From positions 1 to 48,194 of the IMG/VR virus record IMGVR_UViG_3300022670_000218: 48,194 nucleotides of DNA; one strand, written 5' to 3'. The notes under the pieces were generated by a model, which saw only the letters and a list, made by a program, of their open reading frames with translations, was not told where the DNA came from and did no database searches. Source of the stretch: a virus. Its lineage: Duplodnaviria > Caudoviricetes. Both the position numbers and the translations under genes were made by a program. Numbering within the stretch: position 1 is the stretch's first letter; every line of letters begins with the position of its first letter. This document shows positions 1 through 9,820 of the stretch, in pieces.

Positions 1-417
1 TTCCCGGATACAATAAACACTTATGAGGCAACAGCTAAATGGGATAAGTTTCAAACATCAATTCTCGAAAAGAATAATGTTGAAAAAGTAGAAGGGGAAT
101 GGAGGTATATAGATAAAATCAATCCTCATGTAAATGGATTGCTATCAGATTTAGTGAGCAAAGACGCTGAATTAACTAAAATGATGGAGGGCAGACAGCA
201 AAAAGGACCAAATGTAAAAGAGGTAAACCTGAAGAAATTAGACGGGATTCCTTTTGATGTACCTGAAACCGCTATTAAAGATCCTGCCGAACGTTCAAAG
301 CTTATAAAAGACCATTTGCTTTCAACACACAAAGGACTCAGTGTAACAAGCGGTGATTATTCTGCAAAGTTCAGGGAGTTAAATGACAAGATCCGTGACG
401 GGGTTGTCGCGGCTTAA
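1..417 (+). CDS. C-terminal part of putative capsid scaffold protein (5'-truncated)
   Basis: Frame open from base 1 to TAA at 415-417, directly before the capsid gene; probable N-terminal part at 47715-48049. Confidence 0.6.
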   Translation, partial: FPDTINTYEATAKWDKFQTSILEKNNVEKVEGEWRYIDKINPHVNGLLSDLVSKDAELTKMMEGRQQKGPNVKEVNLKKLDGIPFDVPETAIKDPAERSKLIKDHLLSTHKGLSVTSGDYSAKFRELNDKIRDGVVAA

Positions 418-436
418 TTAAAGAAATTAAAAACAA

Positions 437-1516
437 ATGGCATTTTTAGACGTAACGCAATGGAATGACATCCAGGAAACCGCCGCAACCAATGAAAAGA
501 GGTTTCCGGAATTGGGGCTTGTGGATGGCGTAAAGGCGTCAACTCCTGCAACAATGGAGTACATTCCACCTAGCGCAATGGAAGCATTACAAAAGCTTTC
601 AGCATCAAGGGACGTACAAATCCCTGTTATTAAAGACCAGGCTGTAACAGTGGTACAGTCTCCAGGTTTCAATTTTATTCCTGATAACCTTCCTGAAACT
701 GATCAGTACACTTTTGTACCGTTCGATGTGTTTTCAGGATTCAGACATTTTCCGGCGGCATTCGATAACAATGCGATAGACGGTGAATTTACCCGTCGTC
801 AGGTAATGAGAAATATTGCTCACGCAATGGGCGTAGTGACAGAAAGCATTCTTGAGGCTCAAATGGAGACCCGTAAAAGTCAGTTGCTGAATTTTACTAC
901 TCAGGTTTCTCAGGGTGACGGTACTTTTGTGTTTAACGGAGGAACTGATACGCTTGAAATAAATAAAGCGGCCCAGAAGGAAACAATGTTTTTCAACCTT
1001 GAGCAGTTGATGAACTCAAATGAGTTACCGGGTCAGTATCGTATTACTACAAGTAGATCAGGACTGACTGTACAGAGATCAGAGGCGATAAAATTTGGAG
1101 CAAACAACGATAGAAATTTGCAGGCTCTTGGCTTCCTTCCTAGCGACAGGTTACACGAGACTGGAAATATATCTCCTGGTTCTGATGTTTTTAACGGCTT
1201 CTTTTACCGTGACGGTTCAGTAGGAATGATTGAAAATTTCCCTTGGGACTTTAGGAACGGTACAGAGATTAACGGGAAAAAATGGTCTATCACCGACATG
1301 GAACTACCGTTTGTAAAAATGAGAGCCAACATTTTTACAAACAGCGAAGCCACTGAAGCAACTAGCCTTATTTCACCGGCTACTGATTCTAATTTGATCA
1401 TGACGGCTTTTGAAGAAATGGCTATCTGGGTTAGATTCTATTTTGTATTTCGGTTTAATTCTGACTTGGCAAACAGGACACAGGATATTGTAAAAATTAA
1501 AGGTTTAATCACGTAA
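437..1516 (+). CDS. major capsid protein
   Basis: 359 aa; follows portal and scaffold in circular order and precedes neck/tail genes; typical size. Confidence 0.75.
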   Translation: MAFLDVTQWNDIQETAATNEKRFPELGLVDGVKASTPATMEYIPPSAMEALQKLSASRDVQIPVIKDQAVTVVQSPGFNFIPDNLPETDQYTFVPFDVFSGFRHFPAAFDNNAIDGEFTRRQVMRNIAHAMGVVTESILEAQMETRKSQLLNFTTQVSQGDGTFVFNGGTDTLEINKAAQKETMFFNLEQLMNSNELPGQYRITTSRSGLTVQRSEAIKFGANNDRNLQALGFLPSDRLHETGNISPGSDVFNGFFYRDGSVGMIENFPWDFRNGTEINGKKWSITDMELPFVKMRANIFTNSEATEATSLISPATDSNLIMTAFEEMAIWVRFYFVFRFNSDLANRTQDIVKIKGLIT

Positions 1517-1518
1517 TT

Positions 1519-1956
1519 ATGGGATGGTTTGTATATCAGGCAGAAGACAGTAAAGTCTATATTGAAGGAAACGGTAAAAGCCAGGCTTTAGCCGAAGACG
1601 TAACTGTTGCGGTTACGTTAACAGAAGAAGACAGCGGAAAGGTTTTAGTATTGAGAGCCGCTGCCGGTGCCGCTATCGCCCTCCCTGCCGTGACTTTAAA
1701 AGGGTTTACGTGCAGGATTGTTACGGGGCTTGCATTTGCAACGACCCCGTGGACGATTGTGAGCGCTACCAATGTTATTCAGGGAAATGTGTTAGTTGAC
1801 GGTGCGGCAGTGCCCGGAGTGAATGAGAATACCATAAGCTTTGTAGAAAGTGCTGAATCATTGGGGGATTATGTTGATATCGTAAGTGACGGCATCAATT
1901 TTTATGTTTCAGGCAGTGCGGTAACAGCAGGGGCAATCACTCTTACGGCAGTATAG
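1519..1956 (+). CDS. putative head decoration / minor virion protein
   Basis: 145 aa, Ala/Val/Thr/Gly-rich beta-type composition, right after capsid gene. Confidence 0.5.
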   Translation: MGWFVYQAEDSKVYIEGNGKSQALAEDVTVAVTLTEEDSGKVLVLRAAAGAAIALPAVTLKGFTCRIVTGLAFATTPWTIVSATNVIQGNVLVDGAAVPGVNENTISFVESAESLGDYVDIVSDGINFYVSGSAVTAGAITLTAV

Positions 1957-3116
1957 TGGTAGTAGGGTTTTCAGAGGATTTAACGAGTAACGTTGTTTTG
2001 GACAGTGATTTAATTGCTGTTCCTGACAGCGGTATGTACTTTAATAGTGGTGTTCATTCGAGCATCACTATTGATAATCTTCTGCAATTCCTGCCAAAAC
2101 TTGAGGTTACTTTTGTCGATTACAATGCCGGTGTTACTTACGGTAAGTTTGAAGACAGCAGGAAAAGGGTTGATATTGTTGAGAGTGCAAGCATAATTTA
2201 CATGTCTTTAACCGCCTCAAATACTGGCAACACCCCTGTAAGTTCCCCGGCAAACTGGTTGCCTACAAACATTGAAAGTTTAAGAATCAGGTTACATATT
2301 TTTAAGGTAAAGGACAGGCTGTTAACTGAATTAAACCTGCAAAAAAGACTTGTAGATAATCAATACCTATACAGTGTAGGCGATGTTGTAAAGGATGAAG
2401 TTAATCCGTTGTCGGGTGATTTTAACGGATGGGCATTTGAGCCTAAAGGATCTGACTATGTAGCAATTAAAATTAACAGTGCTTCTTTGCAGGCTCCTAC
2501 CGCTTCACCTGTTACGGTTTCAATTATTAACCAGGGTGTTTTAATAGATACTATTACTTTAAACCCTACGGCAGACGGACGTTTAACCTTTGAAGCACAG
2601 ACTAATAAAATACTTTTTGGTCAAAAAGGAAGGTGGATTTTATCATTCCCTTCACAGGATGTATTTAATAACAGTTCGTTTATTGACGCATTGCAGTTTG
2701 ACGGGTTTGTAGCCTATACGGTTAACGGAATAGGTGCTACTCCGGAAGGTGCTGATTACTCTATAAGTACGGTAGGAAACGGTTTAAACTTCAATATAAG
2801 TGCGTACTTGAATGCAACCGAATATGTGAATGACAACCTGGAGTACTTTGGAAGTTTATTTCAGTCAACATTTGAATTAATGACGCTTGAAATGTTTTTG
2901 CAGAATGCAAATAACAGAAGCAACAGAAACGAAAGAATACAGACCAGTGATAAGCAGTTAGAGGTTCAAACGGTTGTTTTAGATCAGAACACTGTAGCAA
3001 AGAGATGGGAGAGGGAGCGAAGGAACGCAATTAACCAGTTGGAAAAAACTTTTGACAGGCAACTGGCAGGTGAAGAAGAAGACGGGGAAATGGAAATAGA
3101 GATAGGATCAATTTAG
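1956..3116 (+). CDS. putative head-tail adaptor / virion protein
   Basis: 386 aa, GTG start overlapping previous stop; head-neck position. Confidence 0.5.
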   Translation: MVVGFSEDLTSNVVLDSDLIAVPDSGMYFNSGVHSSITIDNLLQFLPKLEVTFVDYNAGVTYGKFEDSRKRVDIVESASIIYMSLTASNTGNTPVSSPANWLPTNIESLRIRLHIFKVKDRLLTELNLQKRLVDNQYLYSVGDVVKDEVNPLSGDFNGWAFEPKGSDYVAIKINSASLQAPTASPVTVSIINQGVLIDTITLNPTADGRLTFEAQTNKILFGQKGRWILSFPSQDVFNNSSFIDALQFDGFVAYTVNGIGATPEGADYSISTVGNGLNFNISAYLNATEYVNDNLEYFGSLFQSTFELMTLEMFLQNANNRSNRNERIQTSDKQLEVQTVVLDQNTVAKRWERERRNAINQLEKTFDRQLAGEEEDGEMEIEIGSI

Positions 3117-3120
3117 AATT

Positions 3121-3447
3121 ATGGCAAAAGACGTAACAGCACATGATGCAACAACAGTTTTAAGCGAAGAGTTTAGGGTTCCTAAAGCTATAAGTGCTGT
3201 AGTAAGTTTAAAGTGGACAGGAATAACGGGTGGAGGACTGAAGACTTACAACCTGTTTAATTCAAACTTTGATAATCCTAGCGATGAAGTTGCTGCACTG
3301 TCAAGCGGTTTTAATATACCATTAGGCTCAGGATCTCTTACTGTTAAAGTTAATAATCCAGGAACTAATTTTAAACATGATTACAATGGTGTGGCTAGTG
3401 GCGGTACAATTGATATAGCTACAAATATTATTTATTCAAATGACTGA
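3121..3447 (+). CDS. hypothetical virion-module protein
   Basis: 108 aa tightly packed in structural operon. Confidence 0.5.
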   Translation: MAKDVTAHDATTVLSEEFRVPKAISAVVSLKWTGITGGGLKTYNLFNSNFDNPSDEVAALSSGFNIPLGSGSLTVKVNNPGTNFKHDYNGVASGGTIDIATNIIYSND

Positions 3448-3797
3448 TGGGACTAACTAAACAAGAATCACAAACATCGTCTGATAACCTCACCATCATG
3501 GATTCTACGTATGAAATAGACTGTTCACAATACAGTAGTTCTATAAATTTAATTTTACATATTGACGTTGAAACCACAACTGTCAGCATTATTAATGCAG
3601 GTTCATTAACTAAATTAAATTTAATAACAGTCATTGACCTAATTGGGGCAGTTGTCACATTTGGAGCAGGGTTTAAAATGTCCAGTAATAATGATGCGGC
3701 ATTATCTGCTGTAGGGGACATGAATACTTATCAGTTTATGGGTGAAGATTTTTTAGGAGTATATCAGATTGGGACAGTTGGCAAAATATTAGATTAA
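3447..3797 (+). CDS. hypothetical virion-module protein
   Basis: 116 aa, stop/start overlaps on both sides. Confidence 0.5.
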   Translation: MGLTKQESQTSSDNLTIMDSTYEIDCSQYSSSINLILHIDVETTTVSIINAGSLTKLNLITVIDLIGAVVTFGAGFKMSSNNDAALSAVGDMNTYQFMGEDFLGVYQIGTVGKILD

Positions 3798-4327
3798 TGG
3801 CTATAAACCGTAAAATATCGCCCGTGGGAATAGATGACCCGATTGATAAGTTACAAGTTGCTTTGTTTAATAATCTTACCTGGAGTACCGCGGTAAATGG
3901 TTACGAGTCTTATCATGGTGTTTATAAAAATGAAACAGACAAAGGCAGGGTGCCAGAAAGACATGTTTCAGGAAATGATTATGAAGAGGTTTTTGTAAAT
4001 GATGGATTTAGCGCAACGTCTTTTTTCCTTGTAGATGACAGGGAAACGGTAAACGACAAGGTTAAAAGCGAAGTGAATATAATATTTCAGCTTAACCTTA
4101 AGGAACTTTACCCTCTTATCCTTCACAGGGCAGACGTTGAAGCCCGTAAAGACGTATACGATGTTCTTTATAAAAGGCCCGATATTGGTAAAATAACCAG
4201 TATCACAAAAGGCATTAGAAATGTTTATGAAGACTTAAAAATTACACAGGTAAATTTTGATGATATGCAACCGTTGCACGTATTTAAAATTACAATGGAC
4301 GTACATCATGATATGTCTACATGTTAA
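3797..4327 (+). CDS. putative tail terminator / neck protein
   Basis: 176 aa immediately upstream of the presumed tail tube gene. Confidence 0.45.
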   Translation: MAINRKISPVGIDDPIDKLQVALFNNLTWSTAVNGYESYHGVYKNETDKGRVPERHVSGNDYEEVFVNDGFSATSFFLVDDRETVNDKVKSEVNIIFQLNLKELYPLILHRADVEARKDVYDVLYKRPDIGKITSITKGIRNVYEDLKITQVNFDDMQPLHVFKITMDVHHDMSTC

Positions 4328-4354
4328 ATTGTTAATAATTAAAATTAAAATAAA

Positions 4355-5272
4355 ATGAGCGAACAAATTGGGAACATACAGCTTGCAAGTGGAGCAATAT
4401 CCCTAAAAAACATTGTAAAAGCATTCATTGTTCCTACGTTCGATGATGCGGGAGTTAGAAACACTATTCCAGTGGGTCCGCTGACTAAAGCCGTGCTTGA
4501 TGCCAACCTTACGAAAGAGGATATTTCACAGAGGTGGCAACCGTTGCCTATCTTTAACGATGCGCTGTTACCAAAAGCCGACACTGTTTTTGATACAGCG
4601 GCTGATGGTACTAACTTTCGTGTAAGAGACGGTATTAGAAGTTTTACGGGCATGTTTAAAGGCATTGACTCGGTAATACTTAAAGGACTTGAAGTTGCTG
4701 AGTGCGGCCCTTCCGCTGACTGGTCTATCTTCTTAGTAGACAGATGCGGAATTGTAGTAACTGAGGAAGTAGACGCAGGGATAGGAAGGCCATTGCAAAT
4801 CACACCGGAAACATTTGATGCGATTTATCATTATATGACCAATGATACTGCAAACGATGTAACGATTCAGTTTGATTTCGGTAAGTTAATCAAGGACTCA
4901 AGGTTAACACCCGTGAATGTTGATGAAGATGCAGACATTTTGAAAGCTAAAGGTGTTGTATCCGTGAATGCTGTTATTTCGGCTATTTCTCTTACAGGGT
5001 ACACAATGACATGTACTTTCGATACTGGATTTCTTGGAGAGAAGGTTAAGTTTGTCGGAGCATTAGCCGCAGATTTTGAGCTTAACGAAATTAGCCCTGT
5101 ACCTGGATCTATTACAATTACTACGGTAGTAGAAACCCCTGCATTGAGCGGAATTTATGTCGTAGTTCATCCTGCGGCAACAGATCAGGATGTATTGGAG
5201 ACGACCAGTTCAGCGGCAGGAATTATTAAGAAATTCGAATTAAGACCAGTTAGACACATAGCAGTACCGTAA
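4355..5272 (+). CDS. major tail (tube) protein
   Basis: 305 aa between neck genes and tape measure; beta-rich C-terminal extension. Confidence 0.6.
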   Translation: MSEQIGNIQLASGAISLKNIVKAFIVPTFDDAGVRNTIPVGPLTKAVLDANLTKEDISQRWQPLPIFNDALLPKADTVFDTAADGTNFRVRDGIRSFTGMFKGIDSVILKGLEVAECGPSADWSIFLVDRCGIVVTEEVDAGIGRPLQITPETFDAIYHYMTNDTANDVTIQFDFGKLIKDSRLTPVNVDEDADILKAKGVVSVNAVISAISLTGYTMTCTFDTGFLGEKVKFVGALAADFELNEISPVPGSITITTVVETPALSGIYVVVHPAATDQDVLETTSSAAGIIKKFELRPVRHIAVP

Positions 5273-5273
5273 T

Positions 5274-5483
5274 ATGCAATTTATATATATATACAAAGGT
5301 AATCAATGCTCGTTCACTTTGGACGGCATTGAGCGCCTGAAGAAAAAAGAAGACTTCAAGGAAGTATTTCAGGGGAAAGTAGACGTCAATAAGGCCTGGA
5401 AAGACGTTCAAAAGGCCCGGGGGAATGAAGAAAAAGTAGACGTAGAGGTTAAGGTTTTGAAGGAGGAAGGGGGCGATAAATAA
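5274..5483 (+). CDS. small hypothetical tail-region protein
   Basis: 69 aa, K/E-rich, starts 2 nt after tail tube gene. Confidence 0.5.
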   Translation: MQFIYIYKGNQCSFTLDGIERLKKKEDFKEVFQGKVDVNKAWKDVQKARGNEEKVDVEVKVLKEEGGDK

Positions 5484-5494
5484 GCCCCTTTTTT
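5470..5494 (+). terminator. probable intrinsic terminator
   Basis: GGGGC-gataaataa-GCCCC followed by TTTTTT. Confidence 0.55.
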
Positions 5495-5497
5495 ATT

Positions 5498-5950
5498 ATG
5501 AATAGTTTTGAAAGGCTACAGCAAAAATTTAAGCAGTTCGATGTAAACAGGGTACTCCGAGAAGTATGGAGGATACCGGCAGTACAGCAAAAAATAACTG
5601 AACTTAATACAAAAAATCAGCTTTTCGAAAAGGGTGAAGATTCGCTAGGTGTTTCACTCGGCAATTACAGCCCTTTTACTATTCAGATAAAAGTACAGAA
5701 AGGGCAACGGACTGATCATATTACCCTTAGTGATACGGAAGAGTTTTACAACTCTTTTAAGGTTGTTCCGGTGCTTAAGGGATTTAGGATAGAGGCCGAT
5801 GCCGATAAGGGCGGGGGAGACGTGTTAACCGATCCACAGCCGGACGGATTCGGGCCTGATATAATTGGATTAAGTGAAGAGAGTTTACTCATATTGTGCG
5901 AATTTATACAACCTTTTTTTGCTATGGAGGCAAAGAAAGCACTATCATGA
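5498..5950 (+). CDS. putative tail completion / neck protein
   Basis: 150 aa; segment GNYSPFTIQIK..KGQRTDHITLSDT resembles phage virion morphogenesis proteins (recall). Confidence 0.45.
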   Translation: MNSFERLQQKFKQFDVNRVLREVWRIPAVQQKITELNTKNQLFEKGEDSLGVSLGNYSPFTIQIKVQKGQRTDHITLSDTEEFYNSFKVVPVLKGFRIEADADKGGGDVLTDPQPDGFGPDIIGLSEESLLILCEFIQPFFAMEAKKALS

Positions 5951-6428
5951 TTCTGTTGAATTCCTGTCTATTGGCGCGTGGTGGAAGGTTCACGAGGAAG
6001 GCGATTTTAAGTGGCTTCACAAAGACCTTATCGGGATGGAAGATAAAAGCGTTAAATCCTCATTTCTATGGAATGATATTTACAATTCTTACCTGAAGTA
6101 TGTGGGCTTATCAGAGGATTTCGACACGCTATTAAAGCTTAAGGTTGAATATCACGGGCTAAAATGTGATTTGATTTTGACCAAAAATCAATTTATAAGA
6201 AACTCCATGTCACAGATTGATTCGCAGATAAGATCGATTGAATTAAGTGTTAAAAACAGTGACAAAATAAGCAATGGCGAGAGCGTTAACATACTTGAGG
6301 ATGATCCAAACAGGGGTGAGATAGATATATGGAAAACATCAGTACTAAAATACCACGACATAGTAAAGGGTCATACTGAGAAAAGAAAAAGAGAGGTTTC
6401 ATTAATCAACAGTAAAAAAGCGGCTTAA
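5874..6428 (+). CDS. putative tail assembly chaperone-like protein (start uncertain, possibly TTG 5919)
   Basis: ORF directly before the tape measure with TAATG overlap. Confidence 0.45.
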   Translation: MKRVYSYCANLYNLFLLWRQRKHYHDSVEFLSIGAWWKVHEEGDFKWLHKDLIGMEDKSVKSSFLWNDIYNSYLKYVGLSEDFDTLLKLKVEYHGLKCDLILTKNQFIRNSMSQIDSQIRSIELSVKNSDKISNGESVNILEDDPNRGEIDIWKTSVLKYHDIVKGHTEKRKREVSLINSKKAA

Positions 6429-9400
6429 TGACATTTATATCAAATGATGACCTACAAGGTTTAACTAATTTAGAATCCAAACTTGACCTTATTAATCAGG
6501 GTCTTATAAAAATTATATCAAACAGTAAAAAGGTTACGGGTGCGCTTGATTTTAAAAAAACAGATGATTTTACAATTCTTGAAAAGGAAATTGACCAGGT
6601 TACCAGGGCAGAAATTGAGTTGATTGCCATTGAAAAGCAAAAAAAGCAACTATCTGTAGAGGTACAAAGAGCAGAAAAAGCAAGAATACAAACATTAAGA
6701 GAGAAGCAACGTCTCGATGTTCAGACTCAACGTGAAGCAGAAAAAGTAGCTAAAGCCACCGAAAAAGTACAGAGGGCACAGGAAAAAGCGAACTCAGCAT
6801 TTCTGAAGGCTACAAAACGGCTTAATGACATGCGTAGGGAGTACAAAGACCTTGTGTTTTCCGGTAAGGGCGCCACAAAATCAACCATTGCCTTAAGAAA
6901 TGAAATAAATAAATTAGACAGGTCTGTTAAGAAAGCCGAGGCAGACGTAGGACAATTTCAAAGAAGAGTAGGAGAGTACAAAAGTGCTCTTGCCGGATCA
7001 CTTGGAACGGTAGGGCAGTTTGCAACCGGTGCGGGAGCTATTGCGGCAGGTGTATTGCTTGCAGGCAAAGCCATTGGATCAGCTGTAAACATTATAAAAG
7101 ATTTCGAGCAGGCGGGAGCTAATTTAGCGGCTGTTCTTGGTGATTTAGCCACGGATGACAATATAGGAAAACTTGCAGATGACGCAAAAAGACTAGGCGC
7201 AAGTACTGCGTTCAGCGCAACAGAGGTAAGGGGATTGCAGACTGAGTTTGCAAAACTTGGATTCAGTCCGGAGGCCATAGTTAACGCCACAGAGGCTACG
7301 TTAAACCTAGCGGCAGCAACAGGTTCGGATCTTGCAGAAGCGGCCGCAATTGCAGGGGCTACACTTGGCGGGTTCGGATTAGAAGCGAGCGAAACACAGC
7401 GCGTTACTGATGTGATGGCTAAATCTTTCAGTACATCTGCACTGGATATTGAGAAGTTCAGGGAATCAATGAAGACAGCGGCACCTGCGGCAAAAGCTGT
7501 GGGTCTTAATGTTGAAACTACAACAGCATTACTAGGAACGTTAGCCAATGCGGGTATAAGCGGAAGTAAAGCCGGATCCAGTTTAGCAACATCTTTTATT
7601 AACCTTAACACAAAGGGACTAACCTTACAAAAAGGACTTGAAAAAGTAAGTAAAAGCACCAATAAATTACAGACTGCCGTAGATCTTGTCGGGAAAGAAG
7701 CGGCAAAAGCCTTTCTAATATTAGCAGACGGTACAGAGGCAACGGAATTATTAGAGCAGGGATTAAACAATGCAGGTGGTGCGGCCGAACGAATGGCAAA
7801 CGTACAGCTCGATACATTGGACGGGGCCATTAAAATACTCAATAGCTCATGGGAAGGGTTTATTTTAGCGCTTGATGACGTTGTGGATTCTAGTACAGTT
7901 ATGACTACCGCAGTGAAAGTTCTTAGCAATGTATTATCTACACTTAGCGGGCAGACAAAGGAGGTTAAGAAGTCGCAATCAGAATTAACAGACGAGAATT
8001 TAAGACTTCTGAAATCAACGAGGGAAAACACCCAGGAAAATGAGAAGCTTGCAAACAGATATGATGAACTAACCGGTAAGGTTGAGTTAAATGCAGATGA
8101 GAAAAATGAATTAATAAGCATAACAACCCAATTAATAGACAGATTCGGGGAGAGTGTCGTTGTTATAAATCAAGAAACAGGAGCCTTAGAAGTCAACATA
8201 AGAGCCGTAAGGAAAAAGATACTTGCGGACAAAGTTCTTGAAAGTGAAACTACTAAAAATTTAATTGTAGAAAAAGCCAGATTAGAAACAGCAATTGAAT
8301 TAGCTAAAAACGCACAATCACAAGTACAGGCATTAAGAGAAAGTATTGATATCAGTGAGTTAGATTTTGGGGCCGGACGTATATTTGAAGTTATAGACGC
8401 TATTGAAAAAGGGCCGGCAGCTGTAGCTACTGCCGCCGCTAAAATAACAGGTGAACTAGCGGCAAGCACATCCGGCAGTCTGAATGAATTAAAGGCTTTT
8501 GAAAAAATATTAGAGCTTATTGCTCCTCAAATAAACAGATTATCCGGAGCGGTATTTAGTTTAAATACAAACCAGAAAGATTTAATTAAAATTAATGAAG
8601 AATTTAAAGCCCTTGGTATTGACATAGACGAGTTTCTTGAAAATGAAACCGAAGCATTTAATTCGAATACAAGTGCCGTTAACAGTAATAAAAAAGCCAG
8701 AAGAGAATTAACGGGATTAATAGAGCTTCAGCAGAAAGCGTTAAAAGATCTTCAGGATCAAAGAAAACAAACAACAAGTGAGGAGGATATAGCAAGATTA
8801 AGTTCTGAAATAAGAGAAGCACAGGCTGAATTAAAAAGACTCCAAAACCTAGGATTAGAAGCATTGGAGGAAGTGCCTGATAGATTAGAGGTAACTCTGG
8901 ACATAGGTGCAAATTTAGAACCGTTCAAGTCGGATATATTTGATTTTGTAACGGATGCGAATAAAGTAATAGCAGACGCCAACAAGGAAGCCGAGGAAGA
9001 TGTGCGTAAATCATTTGAAAGAAGACTTTCTATTATAGGCAAGTCCTTGGATGAGGCCGCGCAAGCTCAACGTGAAGCGCACAAAGAAAGATTAAATGAG
9101 TTTGATGAAGAAATCAAAGCAAGCAGAGACCTGCAAAAATCACTCGCAGAAGACGCAAGACGCGGTGTCGCTAGTGCTAAAAACAATCTTGTGTTCGCAC
9201 GACAGGAAGAGCGTAAAGCGCAACTTGACAGAGCAGAAGAAGTTAAACGGCAAAAGAGAATTGAGGAAGGTTTAGTATTCTTAAAACTGTTAGCAAGCAA
9301 TGCCAGTGACCCAAACGACAAGAACCCTGTGCTTACCACTATTTCAGAATTTGCGGCCGCTAAACTAGCCATAGCGGCATTGACAGGATTCTTTACAGGC

Positions 9401-9820
9401 GCTGACAATGTAGCTGAATCATTAGGAAAGCCAACCGTGTCAGGACGGGACGGATACGCCATACGTGTAGACGGCAATGAAATGATTTTAAACCCTGATG
9501 AAACCGCAGAATTAAGGAGCAAAGGAATAACGACAAGGGACGGTATTTTTGATGTTATAGAGCAGAATGAGCAGTTTAAACTGCGTCAGTTGGTGGATGT
9601 TGATAAAACACATCAAGCCTTGCACGTTACCAATATGTATGAAAATAATGGGCAGATGTTGAGTAAAATGGATGACTTAATTGAATCAAATAATAACGCC
9701 TATAAGAAAATTAAGCAGACTAACTGGTCTTTGGATGCGCTAGGTAGACTAATGAAAGACTATCAGGACGGAAACGGAAAAAGAACTATTGATATTTACG
9801 AAAAAGGCAGTATATTTTAA
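6428..9820 (+). CDS. tail tape measure protein (TP901-type core)
   Basis: 1130 aa coiled-coil, Ala-rich; core motifs LGASTAFSATEV..LAKLGF, LNLAAATGSDLAEAA, AERMANVQLDTLDG. Confidence 0.92.
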   Translation: MTFISNDDLQGLTNLESKLDLINQGLIKIISNSKKVTGALDFKKTDDFTILEKEIDQVTRAEIELIAIEKQKKQLSVEVQRAEKARIQTLREKQRLDVQTQREAEKVAKATEKVQRAQEKANSAFLKATKRLNDMRREYKDLVFSGKGATKSTIALRNEINKLDRSVKKAEADVGQFQRRVGEYKSALAGSLGTVGQFATGAGAIAAGVLLAGKAIGSAVNIIKDFEQAGANLAAVLGDLATDDNIGKLADDAKRLGASTAFSATEVRGLQTEFAKLGFSPEAIVNATEATLNLAAATGSDLAEAAAIAGATLGGFGLEASETQRVTDVMAKSFSTSALDIEKFRESMKTAAPAAKAVGLNVETTTALLGTLANAGISGSKAGSSLATSFINLNTKGLTLQKGLEKVSKSTNKLQTAVDLVGKEAAKAFLILADGTEATELLEQGLNNAGGAAERMANVQLDTLDGAIKILNSSWEGFILALDDVVDSSTVMTTAVKVLSNVLSTLSGQTKEVKKSQSELTDENLRLLKSTRENTQENEKLANRYDELTGKVELNADEKNELISITTQLIDRFGESVVVINQETGALEVNIRAVRKKILADKVLESETTKNLIVEKARLETAIELAKNAQSQVQALRESIDISELDFGAGRIFEVIDAIEKGPAAVATAAAKITGELAASTSGSLNELKAFEKILELIAPQINRLSGAVFSLNTNQKDLIKINEEFKALGIDIDEFLENETEAFNSNTSAVNSNKKARRELTGLIELQQKALKDLQDQRKQTTSEEDIARLSSEIREAQAELKRLQNLGLEALEEVPDRLEVTLDIGANLEPFKSDIFDFVTDANKVIADANKEAEEDVRKSFERRLSIIGKSLDEAAQAQREAHKERLNEFDEEIKASRDLQKSLAEDARRGVASAKNNLVFARQEERKAQLDRAEEVKRQKRIEEGLVFLKLLASNASDPNDKNPVLTTISEFAAAKLAIAALTGFFTGADNVAESLGKPTVSGRDGYAIRVDGNEMILNPDETAELRSKGITTRDGIFDVIEQNEQFKLRQLVDVDKTHQALHVTNMYENNGQMLSKMDDLIESNNNAYKKIKQTNWSLDALGRLMKDYQDGNGKRTIDIYEKGSIF

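Noticed and set aside
1495-1525. Capsid-to-decoration frameshift fusion
   Set aside because: The -1 frame is open only from 1501, there is no X XXY YYZ site, and the next gene has its own ATG
5274-5950. Tail-chaperone -1 frameshift from the 69-aa ORF into 5498
   Set aside because: The -1 frame has TAA at 5477 and there is no slippery heptamer after it
5905-5950. Frameshift at the T7 run joining the 5498 ORF to the 5874 ORF
   Set aside because: Would need +1 or -2; an in-frame TTG start at 5919 explains the overlap more simply
6958-8121. 387-aa minus-strand ORF
   Set aside because: Antisense shadow of the Ala-rich tape measure; no motifs or expression signals
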